Assembly (NCBI RefSeq): GCF_013122565.1
Contig: NZ_CP053258.1
Source of the DNA: Escherichia coli
Lineage (GTDB): Bacteria; Pseudomonadota; Gammaproteobacteria; Enterobacterales; Enterobacteriaceae
DNA length: 64,000 nucleotides
Strand: one strand, 5' to 3'
Part shown: piece by piece, positions 9,932-18,885 of the stretch
Numbering within the stretch: position 1 is the first letter of the stretch
Layout: each line of letters starts with the position of its first letter
Program-made: the position numbers and the translations under genes
The notes under the pieces: generated by a model
What the model saw: the letters and a program-made list of their open reading frames with translations, nothing else
Database searches by the model: none
What the model was told of the DNA's origin: nothing

Positions 9932-11302
9932 TTAAAGCGCTTTTTCCAAATCCGTTTCAATCTGGCGACGTGATTTTTGTTTAATTAAGTATCCAATAGA
10001 TAACAAAAGGATACCTGCCATCAAATAGCCAATGATTCCAACATGGCTCAGGGCGGCAAACAGACCAGTAAATGGATTCGCTGACGGGTTAAGTGAAGAG
10101 TACATTACGCTGGCATCCGGGTTTGTACCAAATTTCTGGAAGACTTCGTTGGTAGCCGGTGCCATCCACGACGCAATATACAGACCACCACCGAACAAAA
10201 TGATCGAGGTCACCCAGGTGCGAATAATGTTGCCATTAAAAACAGGTACCATGCAGGCAATAAAAAACACAAACTGAGAGAGGTCACCCAGTGGCATAAC
10301 GCGGTTGCCGGGCAAGATCACGGCGAGGATCACAATGACCGGGATCAGTAATAATGCAGGGGCGATAACTGATGGATGACCCACAATCAGAGCAGTGTCC
10401 ATACCAACAGTGATTTGACGATCCGGGAACCGTTTGACCAGTTTTTTGCGTGCTACGTTGGAAAGCGGAACAAGTCCTTCCATCATGATAGAGGTCATAC
10501 GTGGTAACAGAAGCATGACCGCAGCCAGATACATCCCTAACTGTAGGCTGGCGATTATGGTGTGGTATGGGGATTTCCAGCCATAACCACAAAAGCCCAA
10601 CAAAATACCAATAATAAAACCAACCATAGTTGGATCGCCGAGAATGCCAAACCGTTTTTGAATAGTTTCGGCGGTCACATTCAGATTACGGAAGCCTGGG
10701 ATGCGATCATAAATCCAGTTGAATGGATAAGCGAAAAGTAAGTAGGTATTGGCAACCGGGTGAGAGATCGCAACACCTTTTGGCAGGTTAAAGAATTTTT
10801 CGTTATTTTTAGCACCAAGATCGGCAGCGATCAGCGCCCAGACATGGAATAGCGCGGCGGTCAATGCGCCATACAGGAAACTACCAGAATAGACGCCAAC
10901 AATTGCCCCCATTGACGCATTTTGATGAAGGTTGAAAACATCAACGTTAACACAGTCAGTCAGGCGGGCGACCAGCATTGCAATATTTACCGCAACACAG
11001 AGGGGAATAATGATAGCGCCCATGCTGGAGCCAAATCCCATAACCGCAGTCGCTGCGCCACCAACATCGATGGCACTGAGCGAGGAACCTGTTGCTTCTG
11101 CTAATCCGGTGACTGCCGGTTGCATTTTTTCCAGCATCAGTTTGATGGTCATGGTTAGCGCAATGAAACCAATGCCTACTTTGATGGCAGACGAGATACA
11201 TTCAGAAAGAGGACGGCCAAGTATCTTCATCAGTACCAGGAAGATGACCGGGATAAATATAAAATTTCCCAGATCGTTTATAAATTGCGTGATCAGTTCC
11301 AT
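9932..11302 (-). CDS. PTS EIIC permease, galactitol (GatC) family
   Basis: 456-aa polytopic membrane protein between IIB and the isomerase gene. Confidence 0.8.
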   Translation of the reverse strand: MELITQFINDLGNFIFIPVIFLVLMKILGRPLSECISSAIKVGIGFIALTMTIKLMLEKMQPAVTGLAEATGSSLSAIDVGGAATAVMGFGSSMGAIIIPLCVAVNIAMLVARLTDCVNVDVFNLHQNASMGAIVGVYSGSFLYGALTAALFHVWALIAADLGAKNNEKFFNLPKGVAISHPVANTYLLFAYPFNWIYDRIPGFRNLNVTAETIQKRFGILGDPTMVGFIIGILLGFCGYGWKSPYHTIIASLQLGMYLAAVMLLLPRMTSIMMEGLVPLSNVARKKLVKRFPDRQITVGMDTALIVGHPSVIAPALLLIPVIVILAVILPGNRVMPLGDLSQFVFFIACMVPVFNGNIIRTWVTSIILFGGGLYIASWMAPATNEVFQKFGTNPDASVMYSSLNPSANPFTGLFAALSHVGIIGYLMAGILLLSIGYLIKQKSRRQIETDLEKAL

Positions 11303-11305
11303 ACA

Positions 11306-11842
11306 TTAACCCTCAGATTTTTCATCATCTGGTCGGAAACCCATATTCCAGCGTACATCAGCGGGCTTAACCAGCAATGCATTATCGTTACGTTCAGCTT
11401 CTAGTAAGTTCTTTTTAGAATTTTCTCTGGCGGTGGTGAAGTCGAATGGGTTATCCAACCATGCATCGACAATCATTTTGCTGTATTCGAGATCGTTGAC
11501 CCGGCAACCCAGTCCAATAACTTGTGCGTTATTGCTGAGTCGCGCCCGCTTTGCGGAGTAGGGGTTAGTAACCGCAACGGCTCTTATGCCCCAGTGTTTG
11601 TTGATCTGACAAGTAAAGCCAATGCCAGTCCCACAAATGTAAATTCCCAGACGGCACTCATCGCGTTGAATAATGCCTGCCATTTCGTCGGCCAGACGCG
11701 CGAAGTTATTGACACCTTGTTCCTTACATGTGACGGGATCGTACACGATCTCCATGTTTTTCTCTTCTATGAGGTATTTTTTTATCTCCTCTTTACGTGC
11801 AAAACCTACATCATCGCTTGCGATAGCAATCTTTGTTTTCAT
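11306..11842 (-). CDS. RpiB/LacA/LacB-family sugar-phosphate isomerase with C-terminal extension
   Basis: 178 aa, MKTKIAIASDDVGF...GIYICGTGIGF, typical of ribose-5-P isomerase B / allose-6-P / galactose-6-P isomerases; first gene of the operon. Confidence 0.75.
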   Translation of the reverse strand: MKTKIAIASDDVGFARKEEIKKYLIEEKNMEIVYDPVTCKEQGVNNFARLADEMAGIIQRDECRLGIYICGTGIGFTCQINKHWGIRAVAVTNPYSAKRARLSNNAQVIGLGCRVNDLEYSKMIVDAWLDNPFDFTTARENSKKNLLEAERNDNALLVKPADVRWNMGFRPDDEKSEG

Positions 11843-12190
11843 TTCATTTTGCCTGTCGTTAAGTAACTAAAGCCAAGTATGCTGTTGGTAAATATTGGTT
11901 GTCAATTGAGATCTAAATCACAAAATTTATAACTGATTGATTTTTAATGAATTAAAAACCAATAAAAACAAATAAAAAATAAATTAAGCCAATTAAAACA
12001 AAGTAGGCTTGCACAAGCACTTTGCAATTAATAATAAAAACACATTAAATATCAATCATATATATGAATTGCCAAACATTGTCTTTATTGGGCTTATTTG
12101 TACTTTCTACAGTTAGTGTTTGTTTTTGTTTGCATCATCTGTGCTATGCTTGGCGTTTTCTAAGATGGGCAATAGATTTCAGGAGGAAGG

Positions 12191-12946
12191 ATGTATCTGG
12201 TTGATGAAAGGCGAAAGTTAATACTTGAAGACTTAATGTCGGCAGGTACGGTCTATGTCAGTGATCTTGCACGAAAGTATGAAGTAACGTATGAGACCAT
12301 CAGGAAAGATTTGACCCATCTTGAACAAAAAGGGCTGCTGATCAAAAGCCATGGTGGGGCGACTTTAAAGCAAAGGGCCATAGAGCATCCCTTTCAGGTC
12401 AGGGAAAAAGAAAATAACTCTTATAAGAAGGCGATAGCTCGTAAAGCGCTTGATTTCATTCCGCCTAATAGTTCGATGATTATCGGTACGGGCAGTACCA
12501 CTTTTGAGCTGGCTAACCTGTTATGTATGAAGTCTGGGTTTAAAATCTTCACAGATTCGCTCCCCGTTGCCAGTGTGTTGATTGAATCTGACAATCAGGT
12601 TTTTCTCTTTGGCGGCGAACTGCGTAGAAAGAGTTCCTCAGTGTTTGGGGGGTGGGCGGTATCTATGATCAACGATATACATGTTGATCTCTGTTTCATT
12701 GGAACCGACGGCTTTAGTAACATGACTGGTCCATCGACGCCTTCTTCTTCTGATGCGTTTTTGGATCGCACGATAATTTCGCACTCAGACAAAAAATATA
12801 TCCTCGGTGATTACACCAAGTTTGAGCGCAGCAGTTTGTTTAAGATCTGCGACTGGTCGGAGATCACCGCCCTTATTACCAACGATCATGCCGACAAAGA
12901 GGGGATTGCCGAAGTCGCAAAATACACGTCAGTAATAACCTGTTAG
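12191..12946 (+). CDS. DeoR/GlpR-family transcriptional regulator
   Basis: 251 aa; N-terminal HTH (VYVSDLARKYEVTYETIRKDL) plus DeoR-type sugar-phosphate-binding C-domain; divergent from the first PTS operon. Confidence 0.8.
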   Translation: MYLVDERRKLILEDLMSAGTVYVSDLARKYEVTYETIRKDLTHLEQKGLLIKSHGGATLKQRAIEHPFQVREKENNSYKKAIARKALDFIPPNSSMIIGTGSTTFELANLLCMKSGFKIFTDSLPVASVLIESDNQVFLFGGELRRKSSSVFGGWAVSMINDIHVDLCFIGTDGFSNMTGPSTPSSSDAFLDRTIISHSDKKYILGDYTKFERSSLFKICDWSEITALITNDHADKEGIAEVAKYTSVITC

Positions 12947-13123
12947 AACTCCCTACAACACGCCTTCTCCCTTCGAATCAGCTTTGCCAAATGTAATCAT
13001 TTCCAAATTATCAAGTGAGCATCCATGGTGATGCTTGCTTAGCGCCCTTTATTGAATGCATCCTCTGCATATTGCCAGTTGCACCTCATTTTTTGCGAAG
13101 AAATCATTTTTTGAATCACGGTT

Positions 13124-13263
13124 TGCTCATATGAGCATAAATGCTGTCGCCATTATGTGCTTTTTTGTGATCTGGATTTAATTTCTCAGATCTCGTCATT
13201 TATCCACAGGATCGTTGTGCTATAACTGCTCATATGAATATTGTTCAATGCTCATGTGAGCAT
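13124..13263. promoter_or_regulatory. Candidate operator: palindromic tgctcatatgagca-type sites upstream of the second PTS operon
   Basis: Perfect 14-bp palindrome tgctcatatgagca at 13124-13137; related half-site tgctcatatgaa at 13227-13238 and near-palindrome tgctcatgtgagca at 13250-13263. Confidence 0.45.
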
Positions 13264-13284
13264 TGTGGGGTGAGGGGGAAGGAT

Positions 13285-13728
13285 ATGATATCGATCAGTG
13301 TTGCCGATGGTGCGGGACTACAGAACTACGATGCCGTGCTTGAACATATTTATAACACGCATCGTGAAACGAATACGGTGAAAGAGAGCTGGCTCAATGC
13401 TATGCGTAAACGCGAAGCGGAATATCCGACAGGAATAGAACTGGAAGGTTATTCTATCGCTATACCACACTGTGATAGTGAACATGCGAATCAACCGGCT
13501 ATTTATATCATCCGTCTGCCAGACGCAATACCTGTGAACAGGGCTGATGAAGATGGAATATTGTGGGTCAGACTCGTCGTTAATCTTATTGTTACGGATC
13601 CTGCTGACCAGCTTCGATTGTTAAAGTCATTATTTAACCATCTCCAAAATGAAGAATTTTACCAAAACTTACTGACACTTCCCGTCGATGATGCAAAAGC
13701 ACTTTTTGTGTCCAAAATAATCCAATAG
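13285..13728 (+). CDS. PTS EIIA component (EIIA-2 type)
   Basis: Phospho-His region YSIAIPHCD; start placed at the ATG at 13285 with a gggggaagga RBS; the track ORF starts at 13234 inside the palindromes. Confidence 0.75.
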   Translation: MISISVADGAGLQNYDAVLEHIYNTHRETNTVKESWLNAMRKREAEYPTGIELEGYSIAIPHCDSEHANQPAIYIIRLPDAIPVNRADEDGILWVRLVVNLIVTDPADQLRLLKSLFNHLQNEEFYQNLLTLPVDDAKALFVSKIIQ

Positions 13729-13746
13729 TAAAAACTGGAGTTTATT

Positions 13747-14040
13747 ATGATTAATATTCTTGTTGCTTGTGGTAGCGGTGTCGCTACATCTACGCTTGCT
13801 GCTGATGAAGTGAAGTCAGTATGTGCTGAATATGGTATTACGGCATTTAAAATCAACAAATGCAGTATGGCTGAACTTTCTTCTGAGATGGCTCATGCAG
13901 ATATTGTACTCACAACTAATAACTATAAAGGTGATATTGGGAAACCACATATGAGTGTTGCAGGTTTTGTAACGGGTATTAATGAAGGAGCATTACGCAA
14001 GAAATTAGGAGAGTTATTAACTGAATTAGCAAATAGCTAA
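13747..14040 (+). CDS. PTS EIIB component (galactitol-type)
   Basis: 97 aa, MINILVACGSGVATST phospho-Cys motif. Confidence 0.8.
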   Translation: MINILVACGSGVATSTLAADEVKSVCAEYGITAFKINKCSMAELSSEMAHADIVLTTNNYKGDIGKPHMSVAGFVTGINEGALRKKLGELLTELANS

Positions 14041-14060
14041 ACCTGACAGGAATAATAAAA

Positions 14061-15314
14061 ATGGAAATGTTGAAAAATTTAATGGAAACCATCACCGGAA
14101 TGGGGGCAACTGCAATACTGCCGCTGGTGATATTTATTTTAGGTCTGGTGTTCAGAATGAAACCAGGTGCCGCGATCAAGTCGGGCATCACAGTCGGTAT
14201 TGGTTTTATTGGTTTAGGTTTGGTTGTTGGTTTATTAAATAGTTCATTACAGCCAGCTATTGAGTATTACTCAAAAGTAGGTAGTGGTTTTACGGTTGCA
14301 GATATTGGTTGGCCAGCAGTCGGTGCTGCTGCATGGGTAGCACCTTTTGCCGCATTAGTGATACCAGTTGGCATCGTACTTAACCTGATACTGGTGCGCC
14401 TGAAATTAACCAAAACGTTAAATGTTGATATCTGGAACTATATGCATTTTTTAGTTCCGGGCGCTCTGGCATATTTTGTGTTCGACAGTTTTATCATCGG
14501 CTTCTCTGTCGCGGTGGCTTTGAGTATTGCGGCTCTGTTTATTGGCGATTTGATTGCGCCCAGATGGCAAAAATATTATGGACTCGAGGGAACAACCTGT
14601 ACCACGATGATTCATATCGGCTGGACTCTACCGTTCGCCTGGGTAGTAAATAAAATCATTGATTACATCCCAGGGTTAAATAAGTTAGATGTTGATTTAA
14701 ACAGCGTGCAAAAACGCCTGGGTGTCTTTGGTGAACCTGCAATTATCGGTGTTATCGTTGGCGCATTACTCGGAGTTTTAACGAAACAGGCAATTACCAC
14801 AATTGTTCCCATGGCGATGGGGGTTGCTGGCGTAATGGTATTATTGCCTAAAGTGGTCGGTGTGCTGATGGAAGGTCTTAACCCGATTGGGAAAAGTGCT
14901 AAAGAAATCATGCAAAAACAGATGGGTAAAGATGCAGAATTAAACATCGGTATGGATTGTGCACTGGCGTTGGGGGATCCGGCTACGGTCACCGTGACAG
15001 TAATTACCATTCCTTTAACCATGCTATGTGCTCTGGTATTACCTGATATTAAGATCTTCCCAATCGGCGTATTGATGTCAATTATTTATATGACCACCAT
15101 GACCGTAATGGCGAGCAACGGTAACGTGATTCGTTCGATTATCTCGACCTTGTTATTCTGCGTTGTAGTGATGTATTTAGGCGGTTATGTCGCACCAGGG
15201 GCAACGCAATTTTTAGCTGGAGCCGGTGTAGGCTTGCAAGGACAAGGTACTGATTTTGTATTAACCGGCCCGTGGGAAATTTTAACCTATTGGTTGAGTA
15301 CCGTATTACATTGA
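14061..15314 (+). CDS. PTS EIIC permease, galactitol (GatC) family
   Basis: 417-aa polytopic membrane protein following IIA and IIB. Confidence 0.8.
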   Translation: MEMLKNLMETITGMGATAILPLVIFILGLVFRMKPGAAIKSGITVGIGFIGLGLVVGLLNSSLQPAIEYYSKVGSGFTVADIGWPAVGAAAWVAPFAALVIPVGIVLNLILVRLKLTKTLNVDIWNYMHFLVPGALAYFVFDSFIIGFSVAVALSIAALFIGDLIAPRWQKYYGLEGTTCTTMIHIGWTLPFAWVVNKIIDYIPGLNKLDVDLNSVQKRLGVFGEPAIIGVIVGALLGVLTKQAITTIVPMAMGVAGVMVLLPKVVGVLMEGLNPIGKSAKEIMQKQMGKDAELNIGMDCALALGDPATVTVTVITIPLTMLCALVLPDIKIFPIGVLMSIIYMTTMTVMASNGNVIRSIISTLLFCVVVMYLGGYVAPGATQFLAGAGVGLQGQGTDFVLTGPWEILTYWLSTVLH

Positions 15315-15336
15315 TTTAATAATCTGGAGTTTTAAC

Positions 15337-15981
15337 ATGGCAAAAATATTACCTTCTATATTTGGCGCGGATATTTTACGCCTGAAAGATGAAATTCATT
15401 TTCTGGAAGAGGAACAAACCGAAATATTGCACGTTGATTTAATGGATGGCACTTATGTCAGTAATATTGCCTTTGGCCCAAATCAAATAGCAGCAATGAA
15501 AAAAGCCAGTTCGATGATCTTTGATGTGCACATGATGCTGGCAAATCCTGAGCGACATATTGATGATGTAATCAATACCGGGGCGGAGATGATTTCTGTA
15601 CATTATGAATCGACGCCACATGTACATTATATTATTCAAAAAATCAAAAAAGCGGGTCGCAAAGCAGGTGTTGTGCTTAATCCTGGGACACCTGAATCTG
15701 TCATCGAGTATTTATTAGATGATATTGATTATATATTGTTAATGACAATTAACCCAGGGCAACCAGGCCAGACATTTATTCATAAAAGTCTGGAGAAAAT
15801 CCGTAATACCAAAAAAATGATATCTGGCAGAGATATTCAAATTGAAGTGGATGGTGGCGTTAATCTTGATAATGTAAAACAAGTTAAAGAAGCAGGGGCT
15901 GACCTTATTGTTGTTGGTGGTGCCTTATTTAACAAACAGCCTCGTGAAAGTTATCAGGCATTGAAAATCGCTATTCAGTGA
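15337..15981 (+). CDS. Ribulose-phosphate 3-epimerase family protein (Rpe/AlsE-like ketose-phosphate 3-epimerase)
   Basis: 214 aa with the HVDLMDG signature and TIM-barrel epimerase layout. Confidence 0.8.
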   Translation: MAKILPSIFGADILRLKDEIHFLEEEQTEILHVDLMDGTYVSNIAFGPNQIAAMKKASSMIFDVHMMLANPERHIDDVINTGAEMISVHYESTPHVHYIIQKIKKAGRKAGVVLNPGTPESVIEYLLDDIDYILLMTINPGQPGQTFIHKSLEKIRNTKKMISGRDIQIEVDGGVNLDNVKQVKEAGADLIVVGGALFNKQPRESYQALKIAIQ

Positions 15982-16078
15982 TCACAATCTAAAAATTTCA
16001 CATCCAGTTAAGTGAGGTTTTCGATTTCATATCGGGAGGAAAACCTCAGCTAAAAAATGTCTTTAATGGAGAAAAGTA

Positions 16079-16831
16079 ATGAGTAATTTTGCAGGTAAAG
16101 TGGTTTTAGTTACCGGAGGTGCTCACGGTATTGGCAAAGGGATAGCTAAACAATTTGCTGATCGTGGTGCACATACTGTTATTGTTGACTATAACGAAGA
16201 GAACGGCAAGGCCACTGCAGCAGAGTTAACTTTTGGCGATGTTAAATCGCTGTTTGTTAAAACAGATGTCTCTGATCCACAGGCATTAGTGGATGTACGG
16301 GAAAAAGTATTTGCTACCTTTGGTCGTATTGATGTGTTGATATTAAATGCCGGTGTGGCATTTGCCAATAAAGTTAACAATATTTCTTTTGAGGAATGGA
16401 ATAAGACTATCGCAATTAATTTATCGGGATTATTTAATACCGTTAAGGCGTTTTATGATGATTTCCTGACAAATAAGGGATCTATTGTTTATATCTCATC
16501 GGGATCAGCACTTTCGGGGACTGGAGGCGGTGTGAGTTATCCAGCCAGTAAAGCGGGAGGCGAAGGGTTGATTCGCGGTCTGGCGAAGGAGTTAGGACCA
16601 AAAGGCGTCAATGTTAATGCGATTGCTCCCCGCTTAATAGACACCGGAGAGATGATGCGGGTCAACTATCCGACACAAGCCGATTTAGACGCTGTCCTGG
16701 AAAAAATACCCGTCCGTCGTCTGGGAACTATCGATGATGTGGCTAACCTGGCAATATTTTTGGCAGATAAAGATAACTCTTATATTCAGGGACAAACCAT
16801 TTTAATGGATGGTGGCCGGACTATTGCTTAA
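16079..16831 (+). CDS. Short-chain dehydrogenase/reductase (SDR) family oxidoreductase
   Basis: 250 aa with Rossmann motif TGGAHGIGKG and a YxxxK active-site region (YPASK). Confidence 0.8.
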   Translation: MSNFAGKVVLVTGGAHGIGKGIAKQFADRGAHTVIVDYNEENGKATAAELTFGDVKSLFVKTDVSDPQALVDVREKVFATFGRIDVLILNAGVAFANKVNNISFEEWNKTIAINLSGLFNTVKAFYDDFLTNKGSIVYISSGSALSGTGGGVSYPASKAGGEGLIRGLAKELGPKGVNVNAIAPRLIDTGEMMRVNYPTQADLDAVLEKIPVRRLGTIDDVANLAIFLADKDNSYIQGQTILMDGGRTIA

Positions 16832-16846
16832 AAAGGGAGAGAAAAA

Positions 16847-17407
16847 ATGAGTGTTCAGGAAAATACTATTAATATTCTGCATGAATTAGAGAGTAATGCG
16901 CTGAAGATTGACGATGCTCAGGCTTCACAGTTCATTTCGCAAATCAGAAATGCCCGGCATATTTTTTTGCAGGGAGCTGGTCGCAGTGGCATTGCTATTC
17001 GCGCTTTTGCTAATCGCTTGCTGCATTTAGGTTTTTCAGTAAGCGTTGTGGGAGAAATATCATCACCGCATACTCAACCTGGAGATCTATTAATTATTGG
17101 GTCAGGCAGTGGTGAAACTACCAGTTTGAAAAGTCTGGCACAAAAAGCAGTTGATAGCGGAGTAAACGTCGCTCTGGTAACTATGAAAGCTGATTCAACG
17201 ATCGGTAAATTAGCTCAATCTGTGTTGGTACTACCAGGAAGTGTGAAAGACGATAACAATCGTGTTGCAGGCGCTTTCGCGCAACCAATGGGCTCAGCTT
17301 TTGAGCAACTCTGCTTTATTACTTATGATGCAATTGTTCTGGAGTTGATGTCTGAACTGGGTGAAAGCAGTGCCACAATGTTTACCCGACACGCTGATCT
17401 GGAATGA
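16847..17407 (+). CDS. SIS-domain sugar-phosphate isomerase (6-phospho-3-hexuloisomerase-like)
   Basis: 186 aa; single SIS domain (FLQGAGRSGIA); size and layout resemble HxlB-type PHI. Confidence 0.7.
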   Translation: MSVQENTINILHELESNALKIDDAQASQFISQIRNARHIFLQGAGRSGIAIRAFANRLLHLGFSVSVVGEISSPHTQPGDLLIIGSGSGETTSLKSLAQKAVDSGVNVALVTMKADSTIGKLAQSVLVLPGSVKDDNNRVAGAFAQPMGSAFEQLCFITYDAIVLELMSELGESSATMFTRHADLE

Positions 17408-17431
17408 CTAAAAAGTTGGTAATTAGAAAGC

Positions 17432-17461
17432 AAAAAGCCTGCTAGAAAGCAGGCTTTTTTG
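17432..17461. terminator. Bidirectional rho-independent terminator between the island and asnV
   Basis: Hairpin agcctgc-tagaaa-gcaggct flanked by an A-run upstream and a T-run downstream. Confidence 0.6.
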
Positions 17462-17465
17462 AATT

Positions 17466-17541
17466 TGGCTCCTCTGACTGGACTCGAACCAGTGACATAC
17501 GGATTAACAGTCCGCCGTTCTACCGACTGAACTACAGAGGA
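17466..17541 (-). tRNA. asnV: tRNA-Asn (GUU)
   Basis: 76-nt reverse complement of the E. coli tRNA-Asn sequence; position between ldtA side and nac. Confidence 0.95.
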
Positions 17542-17795
17542 ATCGTGTGAACGGGGCGCATATTAATGGCAGTGCATGGTGATGTCAAAGGGTGAAATGC
17601 ATTTTTTTGTTTGTTTGCTGTCAATTTCAACAAAGTGATGAGATTTCAATCTTATTGGTTATGAACCATCGTGGTGCATACTCTCCTTTTATGGGGCAGG
17701 GGAACGCGATTGCTGATAAAAAGAACCAATGACGAATCTATCATAATCTCTTATTTGACAGTTGGTTAGCTTGTACATCAACGCCAAAATAAAAC

Positions 17796-17811
17796 TGGCA
17801 AGCATCTTGCA
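17796..17811 (+). promoter_or_regulatory. Sigma-54 (-24/-12) promoter of nac
   Basis: tggca-N6-ttgca about 55 nt upstream of the nac ATG; nac is known to be sigma-54/NtrC dependent. Confidence 0.6.
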
Positions 17812-17866
17812 ATCTGGTTGTAAGTAATGGCGGCACTTGGGCCGATTCTTAAAAACCGGAGGCAAC

Positions 17867-18784
17867 ATGAACTTCAGACGCCTGAAATACTTCGTAAAAA
17901 TTGTAGATATTGGTAGCCTGACGCAGGCTGCTGAAGTATTGCATATCGCACAACCAGCGCTCAGCCAGCAGGTTGCCACACTCGAAGGTGAGTTAAATCA
18001 ACAACTTTTGATTCGCACAAAACGGGGCGTTACGCCAACAGACGCCGGAAAAATTCTCTATACCCATGCGCGGGCCATTTTACGTCAGTGTGAGCAGGCC
18101 CAACTGGCGGTGCATAACGTTGGTCAGGCATTATCGGGGCAAGTCTCGATTGGCTTTGCGCCAGGAACCGCTGCGTCATCCATCACCATGCCCTTATTAC
18201 AGGCGGTTCGCGCTGAATTCCCGGAGATCGTTATCTATCTTCATGAAAATAGCGGTGCAGTGCTTAACGAAAAACTGATAAATCACCAACTCGATATGGC
18301 GGTAATTTATGAGCATTCCCCTGTGGCTGGGGTATCCAGTCAGGCTTTGCTGAAAGAAGATCTTTTCCTGGTAGGAACTCAAGATTGCCCGGGGCAAAGC
18401 GTCGATGTTAATGCTATTGCGCAAATGAACCTCTTTCTCCCCAGTGATTACAGTGCTGTTAGACTTCGTGTTGATGAGGCTTTTTCCCTACGGCGGCTCA
18501 CGGCAAAAGTCATTGGTGAAATTGAGTCTATTGCCACGCTTACCGCAGCGATTGCCAGCGGCATGGGCGTTGCAGTATTACCCGAATCGGCCGCGCGTTC
18601 GTTATGTGGCGCAGTAAATGGGTGGATGTCACGCATTACCACGCCTTCCATGAGTCTCTCTTTGTCATTAAATTTACCCGCCAGAGCGAACTTATCGCCA
18701 CAGGCACAGGCAGTGAAAGAGTTGTTAATGTCAGTGATTAGTTCCCCAGTGATGGAAAAAAGGCAGTGGCAATTGGTGAGCTAA
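17867..18784 (+). CDS. nac: Nitrogen assimilation control protein, LysR family
   Basis: Start trimmed to MNFRRLKYFVKIVDIGSLTQAAEVLHIAQPALSQQ. Confidence 0.95.
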   Translation: MNFRRLKYFVKIVDIGSLTQAAEVLHIAQPALSQQVATLEGELNQQLLIRTKRGVTPTDAGKILYTHARAILRQCEQAQLAVHNVGQALSGQVSIGFAPGTAASSITMPLLQAVRAEFPEIVIYLHENSGAVLNEKLINHQLDMAVIYEHSPVAGVSSQALLKEDLFLVGTQDCPGQSVDVNAIAQMNLFLPSDYSAVRLRVDEAFSLRRLTAKVIGEIESIATLTAAIASGMGVAVLPESAARSLCGAVNGWMSRITTPSMSLSLSLNLPARANLSPQAQAVKELLMSVISSPVMEKRQWQLVS

Positions 18785-18885
18785 GCGTTATATCGGGATG
18801 GAATAAGATGCGGGTTTTTATTATTTGTTATGCCGGGCATTAGACTTTAACAATAACGGGAAATCTGAACTGCCCGGAGTTTACC

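Noticed and set aside
11843-12190. AT-rich spacer with short aaaacca / aataaaa iterations between the divergent isomerase-PTS operon and the DeoR regulator gene
   Set aside because: Most simply a divergent promoter region with A-tracts; no repeat unit long or regular enough to call a distinct element
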